Made by a program: the position numbers and the translations under genes
From: Lytechinus pictus
Taxonomy: Eukaryota
Assembly: GCF_037042905.1 (NCBI RefSeq)
Contig: NC_087252.1
Location: 20,090,001-20,154,000 of the forward strand
Length of the DNA stretch: 64,000 nt
Direction of reading: 5' to 3'
Shown: positions 41,824-52,743 of the stretch, one piece after another
Position numbering within the stretch: the stretch's first letter is position 1
How the letters are laid out: each line of letters starts with the position of its first letter
The notes under the pieces: generated by a model
What the model saw: only the letters and a program-made list of their open reading frames with translations
What the model was told of the DNA's origin: nothing
Databases searched by the model: none

Positions 41824-42530
41824 CTGGTGCTACACAATGAATACATAGTCTGCAGGCACAGACCCTGATTGAAACTTTGCTCAACAAGTGTGTCTCCACG
41901 CAAAGACTTGCATATACAAACTTGCTGTTTCGATACAGGCCTTCAGTACATAAGGCATGAGTAGGCTGCAATTCAGACCCTTTACTCGAGTGAAGGGTTT
42001 GATTGATTGATTGATTGATTCTTTATTTCCATGCAAAAATAAATCATACAACATAAAATATATTGACAATATCTCATGGTAAAATAACAATAAACAATCA
42101 TTGCATGGGAGGGAACAGTCATAAGCACAAGGCTTGAAAAGGACGCCCCTCAAGAAAGACTTGCACAAAAGAAGTTTGCACAGCAGACTAAGCAATGCAA
42201 GCCGTTGATCTATAGCTACAGATGAAAAGTAAGCACATCAGAACCTAGTATTTGAGATATCGTGATATCTTCGAAGGTATACTTCTCCGGCAGGGGCCGC
42301 GGAAGCGGGGGGGGGGGGGGCTGGGGGGCTTCAACCCCCCCTTTTTTTCCAAAACCGTGTACAAAAACGTAAAAATGACCTTATGATTGTGATTTTATGC
42401 ATGGTCAGCCCCCCCCCCACTTTTGGCTCAGCCCCCCACCACCACTTTGAAAACCGTTCCGCGGCCCCTGTCCGGGGGTCTTACCTACTCATATTCTTCT
42501 TTCTCAATGCTGCAGAAAGTGCAGATGATT
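41824..42530 (-). pseudogene. Dead paralogous copy of exon 36982-36806, interrupted by two MITEs and a LINE tail
   Basis: After removing the 42291-42470 insert it reads FCSIEKEEYE*VRPPEKYTFEDITISQILGSDVL..., compared with ICSSEREADEWHPPEKYILEEINKSQIPSNNVL in the intact exon; in-frame stops present. Confidence 0.6.
42291..42470. mobile_element. hAT-like MITE with 5-bp TSD
   Basis: TIR CAGGGGCCGCGGAA / TTCCGCGGCCCCTG; TSD TCCGG. Confidence 0.85.
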
Positions 42531-43779
42531 CAAGTCAATTAAATTCAAATAAATATCCATTCTCTTCCATTGCACACATTTCTACATTTTTCGTAAACAT
42601 AAATTCATACAAAAATCAGTTGATCATAAACAATATAAATATGTATATGATTGTTAGGTTTATAGAAGAAGGCTTGTGGCGGGATACACCTATAAACATA
42701 AAATACAACAGCCCTTCGCTTGTGTAATAGACAATTTATGATATTTCCAACATCTCAGATTCCGAATCTTTAATTATATTATGCAGATGCGGCATATGTA
42801 ATATAACGATCTGTGTATATCAATGCGAGCTGCATGTCGCCGCACTCATGTTTCATTGGCTTTTCCATGTAATATGGTTGTTGTGGTGAATGGTTCTTGT
42901 TCGACCTACCGTGAAATGAACGACGTTGTTAAATATCGTGTCATTTCTCTCCCTTGTCTGCGATATCTTGGGCAGGGACTGGTCCGAGCTATGGGATCTT
43001 GGTTTTAGCAGATTGTCTTCTCGTAGTTATTTTTACTAGTTTGAACTGAATTTCACTTATATTAGCGTCTTAAGAACCTCATCTACAGTAATTTCATTAT
43101 AATATTTTAGAAGCTAAGTAGTTGGTATAAAATACCTGCAAACATTGTGTATAGTGTAGTGGGCCGCGGAAGCGGGGGGGGGGGGGGGGGGGGCTGGGGG
43201 TGGGGGGGGGGGCTTCAGCCCCTCCACTTTTTTCCAAAACCCATATGGAAAAGTAGTCGCATTTGCTCCCGAGCAGCGACCGAACGCGCGTACGTGTACA
43301 GAAGCTATGGCACTCTAGATACGAAATTATGTTGTAATGGGGCCGAAATGTGAATTGACTCAAAAGTAAAATTCCTACGAAGCTCGGTTGAGTGGAAATC
43401 TATTTTCTACACCTTTTTTTATGATAATACCAAATTTTAAAGAAATTAGAGATTCAGGCTCCACGGAATTGCTGTTTATAAAACACATGTTTGAGCTTCT
43501 CCCACACCAGATTTGCGTATTATTACACGTAAATTTCCCTGTTTGCACACGCTGTGTCGAGGTGGGACGGTCTGTCAAAGACTGTATCTCATGAAACAAA
43601 CATCGTACGAAAGCCGGTTTCCCGCCAATCTGTGCAGAATATATTTCTCTACAATACATGTAAGAATGATGCTGATTGGTTAAAAATTGTCTACGGAAAT
43701 AAAGAAAAACTAAGACCCCTTCATTTGTTCACCCAATTAGCCGTCAGTGCGATCTCTGCCCTCATTAGCATACCGGGTC

Positions 43780-44225
43780 GCGCGTTTCCGTTTTACACCC
43801 TGGCGAAGGCATTTTCCGCAAAAATAGCCACAAAGCGACTAGTGAAGAGTCTACACGCGTCGCTGTTTGCAGCGTGCGACACAGGCGAGTCCCACACCAC
43901 CGCATGCAATCTGCACAGTTACTGATCAGAGCATGAAGCTATTACGAGATAGCTTCATGATCACAGCATAGAGTTCCTCGGCACTTCATGTACAGAGAGC
44001 AGTCATATGAGTGAAATCCGAACATGCTTTTGCAGTTACGTTTTTTTAATGAAAAGTTATGAAAAAGTTTTTTTTTCTAAATATAAATTATTAACTAAAT
44101 GAATAGAATGACAGACAAAATAAAAATAAACGGATACATATAATAGAAAGAAAATTGAAGTTTGATGGATTGATACACTTAGATGCCGAAAGATAGATAT
44201 AGAAGACTGATAAATAGATAGAGAC

Positions 44226-44266
<41 letters not shown>

Positions 44267-44300
44267 AGTAGAGAGAGAGAGAGAGAAAGACAGAGAGATG

Positions 44301-44341
<41 letters not shown>

Positions 44342-44829
44342 CTAGATAGATAGATAGATATATAGATAGATAGATAGATAGGTAGATACTAGAGAATGAG
44401 AGAGACAGAGTAGATAGACAAATTAACAGATAGATATATCATGTAGTTCCATAGATTGATTTATAACATAGATAGTGGATAGACAGATATGATAGATATA
44501 AGGATAGATATAATATGAAAAAAAGTAATTATGTGTTTTATTTTTCAATATTTTAGCTATTATTCGTTTTCATTCATATAAACGATCATGTGCGATAAAG
44601 TAAAAAATCATGAAGCCAACGTATATAGTTCAGCGGAACAACCAAAATACAGAGACTGAAGCTTTTGGTCTACTGCATTTCATATGTTCTGCGGATATCT
44701 TCGGTGCGGACTTTTGGATCGCGCGCCCAGCTGATTATGTAAACAAACGTAGACGTAGACTCTTCACTAGTCGCTTTGTGGCTATTTTTCCGGAAAATGC
44801 CTTCGCCAGGGTGTAAAACGGAAACGCGC
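43780..44829. mobile_element. Mutator-like (MULE) non-autonomous element carrying (GATA)n
   Basis: TIRs of about 75 bp (GCGCGTTTCCGTTTTACACCCTGGCGAAGG...); perfect 9-bp TSD TACCGGGTC. Confidence 0.85.
44190..44510. repeat. (GATA)n/(GA)n microsatellite
   Basis: Seen directly. Confidence 0.9.
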
Positions 44830-45773
44830 TACCGGGTCATGACGTATCAAGACGTCTGAGTTTCATCATGGTGGATTTTACATGTAGCGCGGCCTGACAT
44901 TCTCGGAAAATCAGACAACATTTGAGGTTTACTTCGGGTATTTAGCTAAATTGGATTTTGATATAGTGACATAAGACTGCAAAGAGTCTGAAACTTTCAT
45001 TTATATGTATTGTTAAGAACAGAACGAGGAGAATTGTGCTTTTTTCTACAATGTCGGCTCAGGATCGCCCATTCTCATAACTGTACAAAGAGAGGTTGGA
45101 TAGCACCATTTGTGTCTACGGGGGGATTCCAGCTTGACAGGACGTTCACATAACAATATGCAGAAACAACATAAACAACTTTTGTATTTACATGTAGATC
45201 TGCCCACTATAAAAAAAAACGAAAGAAAATGCCATAAACATCAAGCCTACAGTGTTCTGTATGCATGTAGATTTTACGATAATTTACCCATTTTCCATAA
45301 TGGACGCGTCCGTATCGTAGTTTCGTAAGCTGGCGTGCGCATTGGACCGGAGAGCTCATGAATAATTCATGAGGCGGGCGGCGTACGTCGGTGACCCGCG
45401 GAACCCGGTCATTTTGAGCAAATGCGAATTTCCACCCCAAACTTTTCCATATGTGTACAAAAACGCAAAATTGACCATACAATTGTGATTTTTTGCATGG
45501 TCAGCCCCCCCCCCACTTTTGGCTCAGCCCCCCCCCCCACTTTGAAAACCGTTCCGCGGCCCCTGTAGTGGTCTAGTGTCATACACTCGAAAGGATGGGG
45601 TGCTAGTTTGGCGCTTTTAGTGCTTGTGGAGTGGCTGCCCTTCGGAGAGTTGGGTTTTTTTCAATGAACTTTTAACTTGAATCGGCTGCTCGAGGTGCCG
45701 TCGCTGTGTAGGTTCCTACAAGTGTTAATTCTGTTGAATTATCACTTTCTCATCAGAGCGGGTGGATACTGCT

Positions 45774-45805
<32 letters not shown>

Positions 45806-45822
45806 ATACATATATATATATA

Positions 45823-46223
45823 TGTAATGAGATGAGGCGAGGCCAACTCAACAGATGACGCAGGACACCATTATTTGCTTTAGCTTTCGTCTTTTAATTA
45901 AGACTTCGTCAGAAGCGTCTAAAAAATATAAGGAGATACATCATTTATATCATTATTATTTTAATTGAATTAATTATTTATTATTCATTAATTTATATAT
46001 CTGTTCATTCATTAATTTGTCATTATGGAATATATTCAACTTGGTGATAATTCATTGATGTGAAAAACAAACTTGGATGTTGTATCTCCTTATATTTTTC
46101 AGACGAAAGCTAAAGCAAATAATGGTGTCCTGCGTTATCTGTTGAGTTGGCCTCGCCTCATCTCATTATGTAATATATATACAACTCAACAGCGATTGGT
46201 AGAAGTAAACTTATCATCACACA

Positions 46224-46232
<9 letters not shown>
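45823..46232. mobile_element. Short non-autonomous Penelope-like fold-back element in (TA)n
   Basis: Arms about 45823-45942 and 46077-46173 are inverted; unpaired tail about 46174-46226; hammerhead in the left arm; (TA)n flanks. Confidence 0.7.
45877..45916 (-). ncRNA. Minimal type I hammerhead ribozyme (second family)
   Basis: Minus strand reads GCTT CTGACGA A GTCT taattaaa AGAC GAAA GCTA AAGC: stem I GCTT/AAGC, stem II GTCT/AGAC, intact core. Confidence 0.8.
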
Positions 46233-46274
<42 letters not shown>

Positions 46275-46321
46275 TAAATAAATCAAGCATTAACGCTAGA
46301 CGTAGCTTCCAAGTATCTCTT

Positions 46322-46367
46322 TTATTGCGAGCTTTCGGCCAGTGGGGCCTTCATCAGGCCTATAATG
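46322..46367 (-). ncRNA. Second (inverted) copy of the same minimal hammerhead ribozyme
   Basis: Reverse complement of 47811-47856 (TCATCAG at 46351-46357). Confidence 0.8.
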
Positions 46368-47810
46368 CATTGAAACAAACAAAATAGAACAAAACCATAC
46401 AAATAAAATCGTAATAACAACAAAGTAAATAATGTGTAACAAAGGGTACAGAACAGAAGGGTTACAGTAAGATAACAAAAAATAACAACAGAGGGGGTAA
46501 TGGCTTATTAAAACGAGATGGTGGAATACAATAGAAACGATTGGGAAACTTAAGTGTGTGGAAAGACAAGCATTGAAATTAACTTTGGTTTCTGTTCATC
46601 TGGAGGAGTAGTAGTCTTGTGTAGGTAATACTGTGAAAAAGGAGGATAATGTTTCAAGTAAAATGACAACTCGTTTCAATATTATTCTATATCTTGTATT
46701 TGAGTACATAACTATATTGATAAACGATGTTTCAATCATGGCAATAGAACAGATAGACAATAAATACCGCTCAATCATCTTACACCGAGAATCATACTGG
46801 ATCACCACTCTACGCACCCTCGCCCCAAACGGAATCAATGTTGACAATTAGAACCAATGACCCATTGCATGCCCCCACACACGCACATTCACTTCACCTC
46901 ACTTTACCTCATACCTGCACACCTAGTCGACACACTCTCCATGACACTGGAACTATAGGTAACCACTTTCGTACTTAATATATCTGATCTTGTATATACA
47001 TATTTATATATATATATATGCATAATATGTTTGGTAATTATTGAACCTCTACATACCTTTTCGACCAATTTCATTGTTTAATTTACAGTCTCACCCGCCC
47101 CAACAGGCCACTTCATATAGTTTTATAGTTACGTCTCTTTACCCCCATACAGTTTGGTATGCTTAGTATCTTGATCACTTGATTATATCTGATTATTTGA
47201 TTAATTATTACGATTTCTTTGCTCCTTATGGCTGTATGTTTACTTAGTTTATTCTGTTCATTATGATGCTTACCGCTCAAACATCAATATAAATTATACG
47301 TATATATTTTCCTGCGCATGACAATGTACCTTTTTATGTCAAACTCTCAAACTATAACTTGTATCACCAGTTACTTGAATACTATGTAAACAGATCAATA
47401 TAGTTATGTACTCAAATACAAGATATAGAATAATATTGAAACGAGTTGTCATTTTACTTGAAACATTATCCTCCTTTTTCACAGTATTACCTACACAAGA
47501 CTACTACTCATCCAGATGAACAGAAACCAAAGTTAATTTCAATGCTGGTAAATACCTTGTCTTTCCACACACTTAAGTTTCCCAATCGTTTCTATTGTAT
47601 TCCACCATCTCGTTTAAGCCATTACCCCCTCTGTTGTTATTTTTTGTTATCTTACTGTAACCCTTCTGTTCTGTACTCAACCCCCTCTGTTGTTATATTT
47701 TGTTATCTTAGTGTAATCCTTCTGTTCTGTACCCTTTGTTACACATTATTTACTTTGTTGTTATTACGATTTTATTTGTATGGTTTTGTTCTATTTTGTT
47801 TGTTTCAATG

Positions 47811-47856
47811 CATTATAGGCCTGATGAAGGCCCCACTGGCCGAAAGCTCGCAATAA
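47811..47856 (+). ncRNA. Minimal type I hammerhead ribozyme in the Penelope pseudo-LTR
   Basis: CTGATGA (47821-47827), stem II GGCC/GGCC, then GAAA GCTC; palindromic AGCT stem III. Confidence 0.8.
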
Positions 47857-47959
47857 AAGAGATACTTGGAAGCTACGTCTAGCGTTAATGCTTGATTTAT
47901 TTACGCATATACGTAGAACATGACGCGCTGCAATACACGTTGTGCAAAGGGCCCTCTTC

Positions 47960-48000
<41 letters not shown>

Positions 48001-49109
48001 AATGTATTTTGCATCATGATATTGTAACTTTAGGTGTTTTTTAATCTTTTTTAAACAGGATATTGATGTAAAACAGGGATTCAGCGGATCTTTTCATCAT
48101 GTATAAGTATTTTTCTAATAGAAAAATTACACCGACACACATGTTTACCTATAATCAAAACCTTGTCTATCCCATTTTCTTCCCTCTCTATGATTTTTCT
48201 CCTTGCCATCGTTTTCCTCTTCCTCCTTGTCCCTTTATTTATTTATTTCTTTATTCCGTCCTTCCTTCCCTTTTTTCGTTCTTTTTTCACGTTCTTTTCT
48301 TTTCCCTTGTCCCTTTTATCTTCTCGTTTATTATTTTTTCCCCTTTGACAGAGCTGATTTACCGACGATATCCAAATAAGTGGCAGGTGGGTGTTTCACC
48401 CACCCACCCCCTTACCGACGGCCCGTATGTTGATGAATCTTGCTTGTAACTCACAGATGAATGTCCATATTGTGTAGGCTTATGCATATACATGTACACA
48501 AGCACATTCACCTGCCTAAACACGCCAATTCTATTCAATCTTGGAACATTATTATGAAACAATCATATTTTATTCAAATTCTGTACACGCTGACACCCCT
48601 TCGCCCATAAATCCATGATTGTCATTTTTTTGGTAAAGAGGCAGTTCGTATTGCAAAAGCTTGCAAAAGCTTCCAAAGTTCGCCATTGATTGAAACATTA
48701 ACATAAACAAATATAAAACACTCCTACGTGTACAACATGAAACATTAAATCTAGTCTCGAATCGGGATCAAAGTTCATCAATAATTGAACGTCAACATTG
48801 CACACATTATTTTCGAGGAATAAGCAGACATGAAAATGCCATTAGATCAATCAAGGAGTAGATGGTCTTTATTCGAATGAGTAAAGTAGACAGCTCATTC
48901 ATTACATAATGAAAAGATCTGGGATTTTAAAAAATGGGGTCGAGTAAAGACTGGCTCGAATATGTCGACTAAATTTTACCTTGTAAGAGCGAACGCAAGA
49001 ATCAACAGAATAAAAGCTCAAACACTCGTCCCCACTGGCTCAGGTGCAAAAAAAAAACCTCTATCTGTGTATAGGCAAAAAGAAACGTTTGTGAATTTAA
49101 AAACAACAA

Positions 49110-49440
49110 CAATAATGATAATACTACTTATGATAATGATAATAATAATGATAATAATAATAATAATTTCCAATAGCTCCATACCAGTCTACGACTACTC
49201 ATAGCGCTACACAATTAGTATTACCCGGTCATTGGATTCATAGCATTTTAGCAACCTGTTAGGCGCACACTTGCTAATAAAACCAAACACAATGACGGTT
49301 GTTTCCGACCGGTACCCAATTAGCACATGGGGAGAGTGGCAAAGTGTGGATTGACGCCTTGCCAAAGGACGCTATTATAGGCCATGGTGGGATTCGAACA
49401 CGAGAGGGAAGAGTCAGAACCGCTACACCATGGCGCTTTC
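49110..49440 (-). mobile_element. tRNA-derived SINE with (TTA)n tail
   Basis: Minus-strand A-box TGGTGTAGCGG and B-box GTTCGAATCCC; core ...GGTACCGG...; (TAA)n tail. Confidence 0.65.
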
Positions 49441-51401
49441 ACATGCTTGTTAATCAATTTCTAACATTGGATTTGAGAATCACAGTTGAGTGTATTGCAA
49501 CGGAGACCAGGATTCTACGACATAGCAAATCTATTGACAATGGCCGTCGAATCACCAGCTTAGAGGTCCTTCTCTAAAATTAGTGAACCGGGACAGCAGA
49601 TTGTCCTAAGATTTATTTTTTTATTTATTTAATTTATTTGAACAGACTCCTTTGATTCGGAGGCACTTATGATGCGTTCATCCAATTAAAAAGAAAACAA
49701 AATATATACAATTAATAAAAACAAGCAATCAAAACAACATAAAAAAAGAATTATCAATCCCTTTACCCCAAATGTAACACACTACTCAGACCAGGCTGAA
49801 ACAGAGAAGATATATACAGGACGACACTGCTGTATTGATTCATCCATTTTCGACAAAGGCTCTATTGCCATGCATGACGGGCTTTTAACAATACATTGTC
49901 AACGTTCCAGAAAGCGTCTGCAAAGCGTTGCAAAATCTTCCTCAGACTTATAAAAGTCGTCCATTATTGCAGTCTAAGGGAATTGATATTTAACTGAAAC
50001 TTTCTATGGTCGATATTTCCACCAAGATCTATATATTTTATCCTATGTAGTTCCATGGCTGCTAATTCACCACTCTTTCTTGAGTTTAAGCTTCACGCTG
50101 AATAAATCATCCAGAAAAAAATGATTACTTTAATAAGGAAAATAATGGGAATAAATATCGTGACAATGATAATGTGATCAGCTGCAGAGGGCCAAGCATC
50201 GCCTCACCGTATTCCGACCACTGTTCCATTATGTAAGTTTGATTTCGGAACGATGTGATCTTTTCTGCAAACCAATGTTAATGTATGATGTAATTCACAA
50301 TAAACACTATGATAGTCATGATAACAAGGTGCGATCATCCTATTTTTGAGCAGGCTAGGTGTACCTACTAGTTGGGTAAGTGTCATTAGGTTGTTGGTCT
50401 AAGGGCGGTTGGACTGAACTCTGTATTTTAACTCTATTAATTTGTTTAGGGGCCATTTTGCAAGTCCGTGGACCCGGATGGTGTCCATCTTCTGACAACC
50501 CCCTCCAGGGGTCTGATGCATTCTAGTCCCATGGTAATGTCCTGATTTGATACAACAGTGGCAGTGTGTATACTCAGCGTGGCAATAGGTACATTTTTAG
50601 TAGCTGAACCGCTTCGTATGTCTATATTTATATATGGTGAATCGTAATCAAATGTTTATCTTGTGCTTCAATGCCTTCAGTCACTATCTGGTCAATGCGA
50701 TGATTAAATTATACAGAGTGAGTCAGAAAAAATGTCCTATTAGATGTTGAAGTATAACCATTCAATCATTGATTCATTGATATAACTCCCCGCATTATTT
50801 GGTAGGATCTTCATATAGGGATCCTTGCACGCATGACTGAATACGAGACAATCTCCCAAACGTCGTAAAATTTCATTTGCGTCAAGTTGCTGATGAAGAT
50901 GGAAAAGGTAATTGATGGCACGCCAAAAGACACCTACCCATACTCCCTCCATTACCCACACAACAATAAGCTTCATTTACACAACAAAAAGCAGTTTTAA
51001 CATTTCGTCATTTCCCCTTATCTCATTGGTTATTTCTTTCGTTGATCAGCAATGGCCATTTATCCCATTGTTTAATTGCAAAGTGGAATGCCTGATATGG
51101 AAGCAATTACTTAAGTTAAGCCGTTAACAGGTGTGTGTGGATGAGGGTGGGTGTGTGGGAGAGTTGATTTGTTCTGTATGTATGTATGTGGGGTGCTCGT
51201 GTGTGTGTGTGTGTCTGAAAGGATAGGTAGGTGTCTTTCTGCCTGCACACATTTTTTTCACACTTTGTTTGATTCTTCAACCAGCAACTTGGCGCAACTG
51301 AGATTTTACGTCCTTCGGGGGATTGTCTCGAAGTCACTCATGCAAGCAAATATCCGTATGAAAATTGTCCCAAAAATATGCGGGGAGAATCACTTTATCA
51401 G

Positions 51402-51562
51402 GGGTGTTTCACAAAGATTTAAGTATGACTTAAGTTGCACTTAAATGCCGATGCACACATGATATGCAACGCGCAATCTTATTGGACAATACACAGTAGT
51501 GCGCGTCTTCTTGGCATGATCTGACAAATGCTAAGTCATATTTAAATCTTTTTGAAACACCC
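51402..51562. mobile_element. Harbinger MITE
   Basis: gggtgtttcacaaagatttaagtatgactt and its inverse; CAG TSD. Confidence 0.75.
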
Positions 51563-51868
51563 CAGGTCATATACAGACAAGACATCTTCAAAGAAATGGG
51601 GCATTTTTCTGACTCATTCTGTAGATTACATGTCACATTCTACCTCCCGAAAAGACATCCATAATGTTCGTACAATGATAGAAGCATCAGTTTATATCGC
51701 ACCTTGGTCAAAGTAGATTATATTTACATAAACGTTAACATTATATTCAGATATTGTAATAGAACCTTTAGCTCCATAACCTCAATCGCGCAATTGAAGC
51801 TTGATCACGTGGATTCGTGAACCTTCCCCTGCATATTAGTCAGTCTTACCACATCAACTTGTGATTTA

Positions 51869-52583
51869 CAGTGGCGGCACCAAGAGGGGAGGGGGGGGGG
51901 GGGGCTCGGTGGCTTTTCTCCCCAGTCAGGATCGTTGCCCTCCCCCCCCCGAAATTTGGAAAACTTAATGCTGTCAAAAGCATCATACTCAAACTGTAAA
52001 GTGCTATCAAACACTCATCAAATTTTGAAAATGTTTTCATCCATTCAGTATTATCTCTAAACAATAGTGGTCATCAACATAAATCTTTCAGGTCATTATA
52101 TAAAATTCAAAATTTCGCACGCGCTTCACGCACGCAGTGGATGTTGAGTGATATATGATTTGTTCAATAGGATAACATGGGGCTTACAAATCCAGTGTTA
52201 AAGTCAATATGCACAAACTATTCTTCTCGGTATTCGTGTTTTCATTATTCGTTTTAGTGAGATATACTGCATGTTTATAATTACCAAAAAATATTAAAAA
52301 ATCAGCTCGTACTACGTTTAGTATAACCCATCTTCTTCATGGTTACAGAAAGTGCTAAGAACGTCCAGTTATTATCTCAGGATATAAAAAATACTCAGCT
52401 CGCGCTTAATGAGATATCATATTCACGAGTCACTGCAAACAGTCCTTAACAGGTTCCTTCTCAAGTCAGAAGAGACTATATTCAAAATTGTTCGTTGCGT
52501 TTCGCGCTCGATTTCATGAAAAAGGAAAAAAAAATCGTGTCCGCTCCCCCCCCCAAAGTGCCCCCCATTGCACCCCTAGTTTG
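51869..52583. mobile_element. Old hAT non-autonomous element about 160 bp upstream of the CYP start codon
   Basis: CAGTGGCGGCACC / GGTACTGCCACTG termini; TSD degenerate. Confidence 0.55.
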
Positions 52584-52743
52584 AAAATCCAGGTACTGCC
52601 ACTGATGACTGATACACTACACCATGCCATCCCGTTAATTCAAACACACCCTAAACATTGTGTATACAACTAAACTGTTTTTTTTTTACTCCTCACAGTC
52701 ATCAGTGTAAACCAGACGCTGCAGCGGTTGTCTTCTATGACGA

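Larger units (their letters stand above)
43157..45565. mobile_element. Longer member of the same 5-bp-TSD family, hosting nested insertions
   Basis: Same termini and subterminal sequence as 42291-42470; TSD TAGTG. Confidence 0.75.
46270..47962 (+). mobile_element. 5'-truncated Penelope-like element with inverted pseudo-LTR copy, inserted in (TA)n
   Basis: 46270-46721 is the reverse complement of about 47393-47910. 46722-46851 encodes a GIY-YIG C-terminus (AIEQIDNKYRSIILHRESYWITTLRTLAPNGINVDN*). About 50-nt unpaired tail 47911-47962. (TA)n on both sides. Confidence 0.85.
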
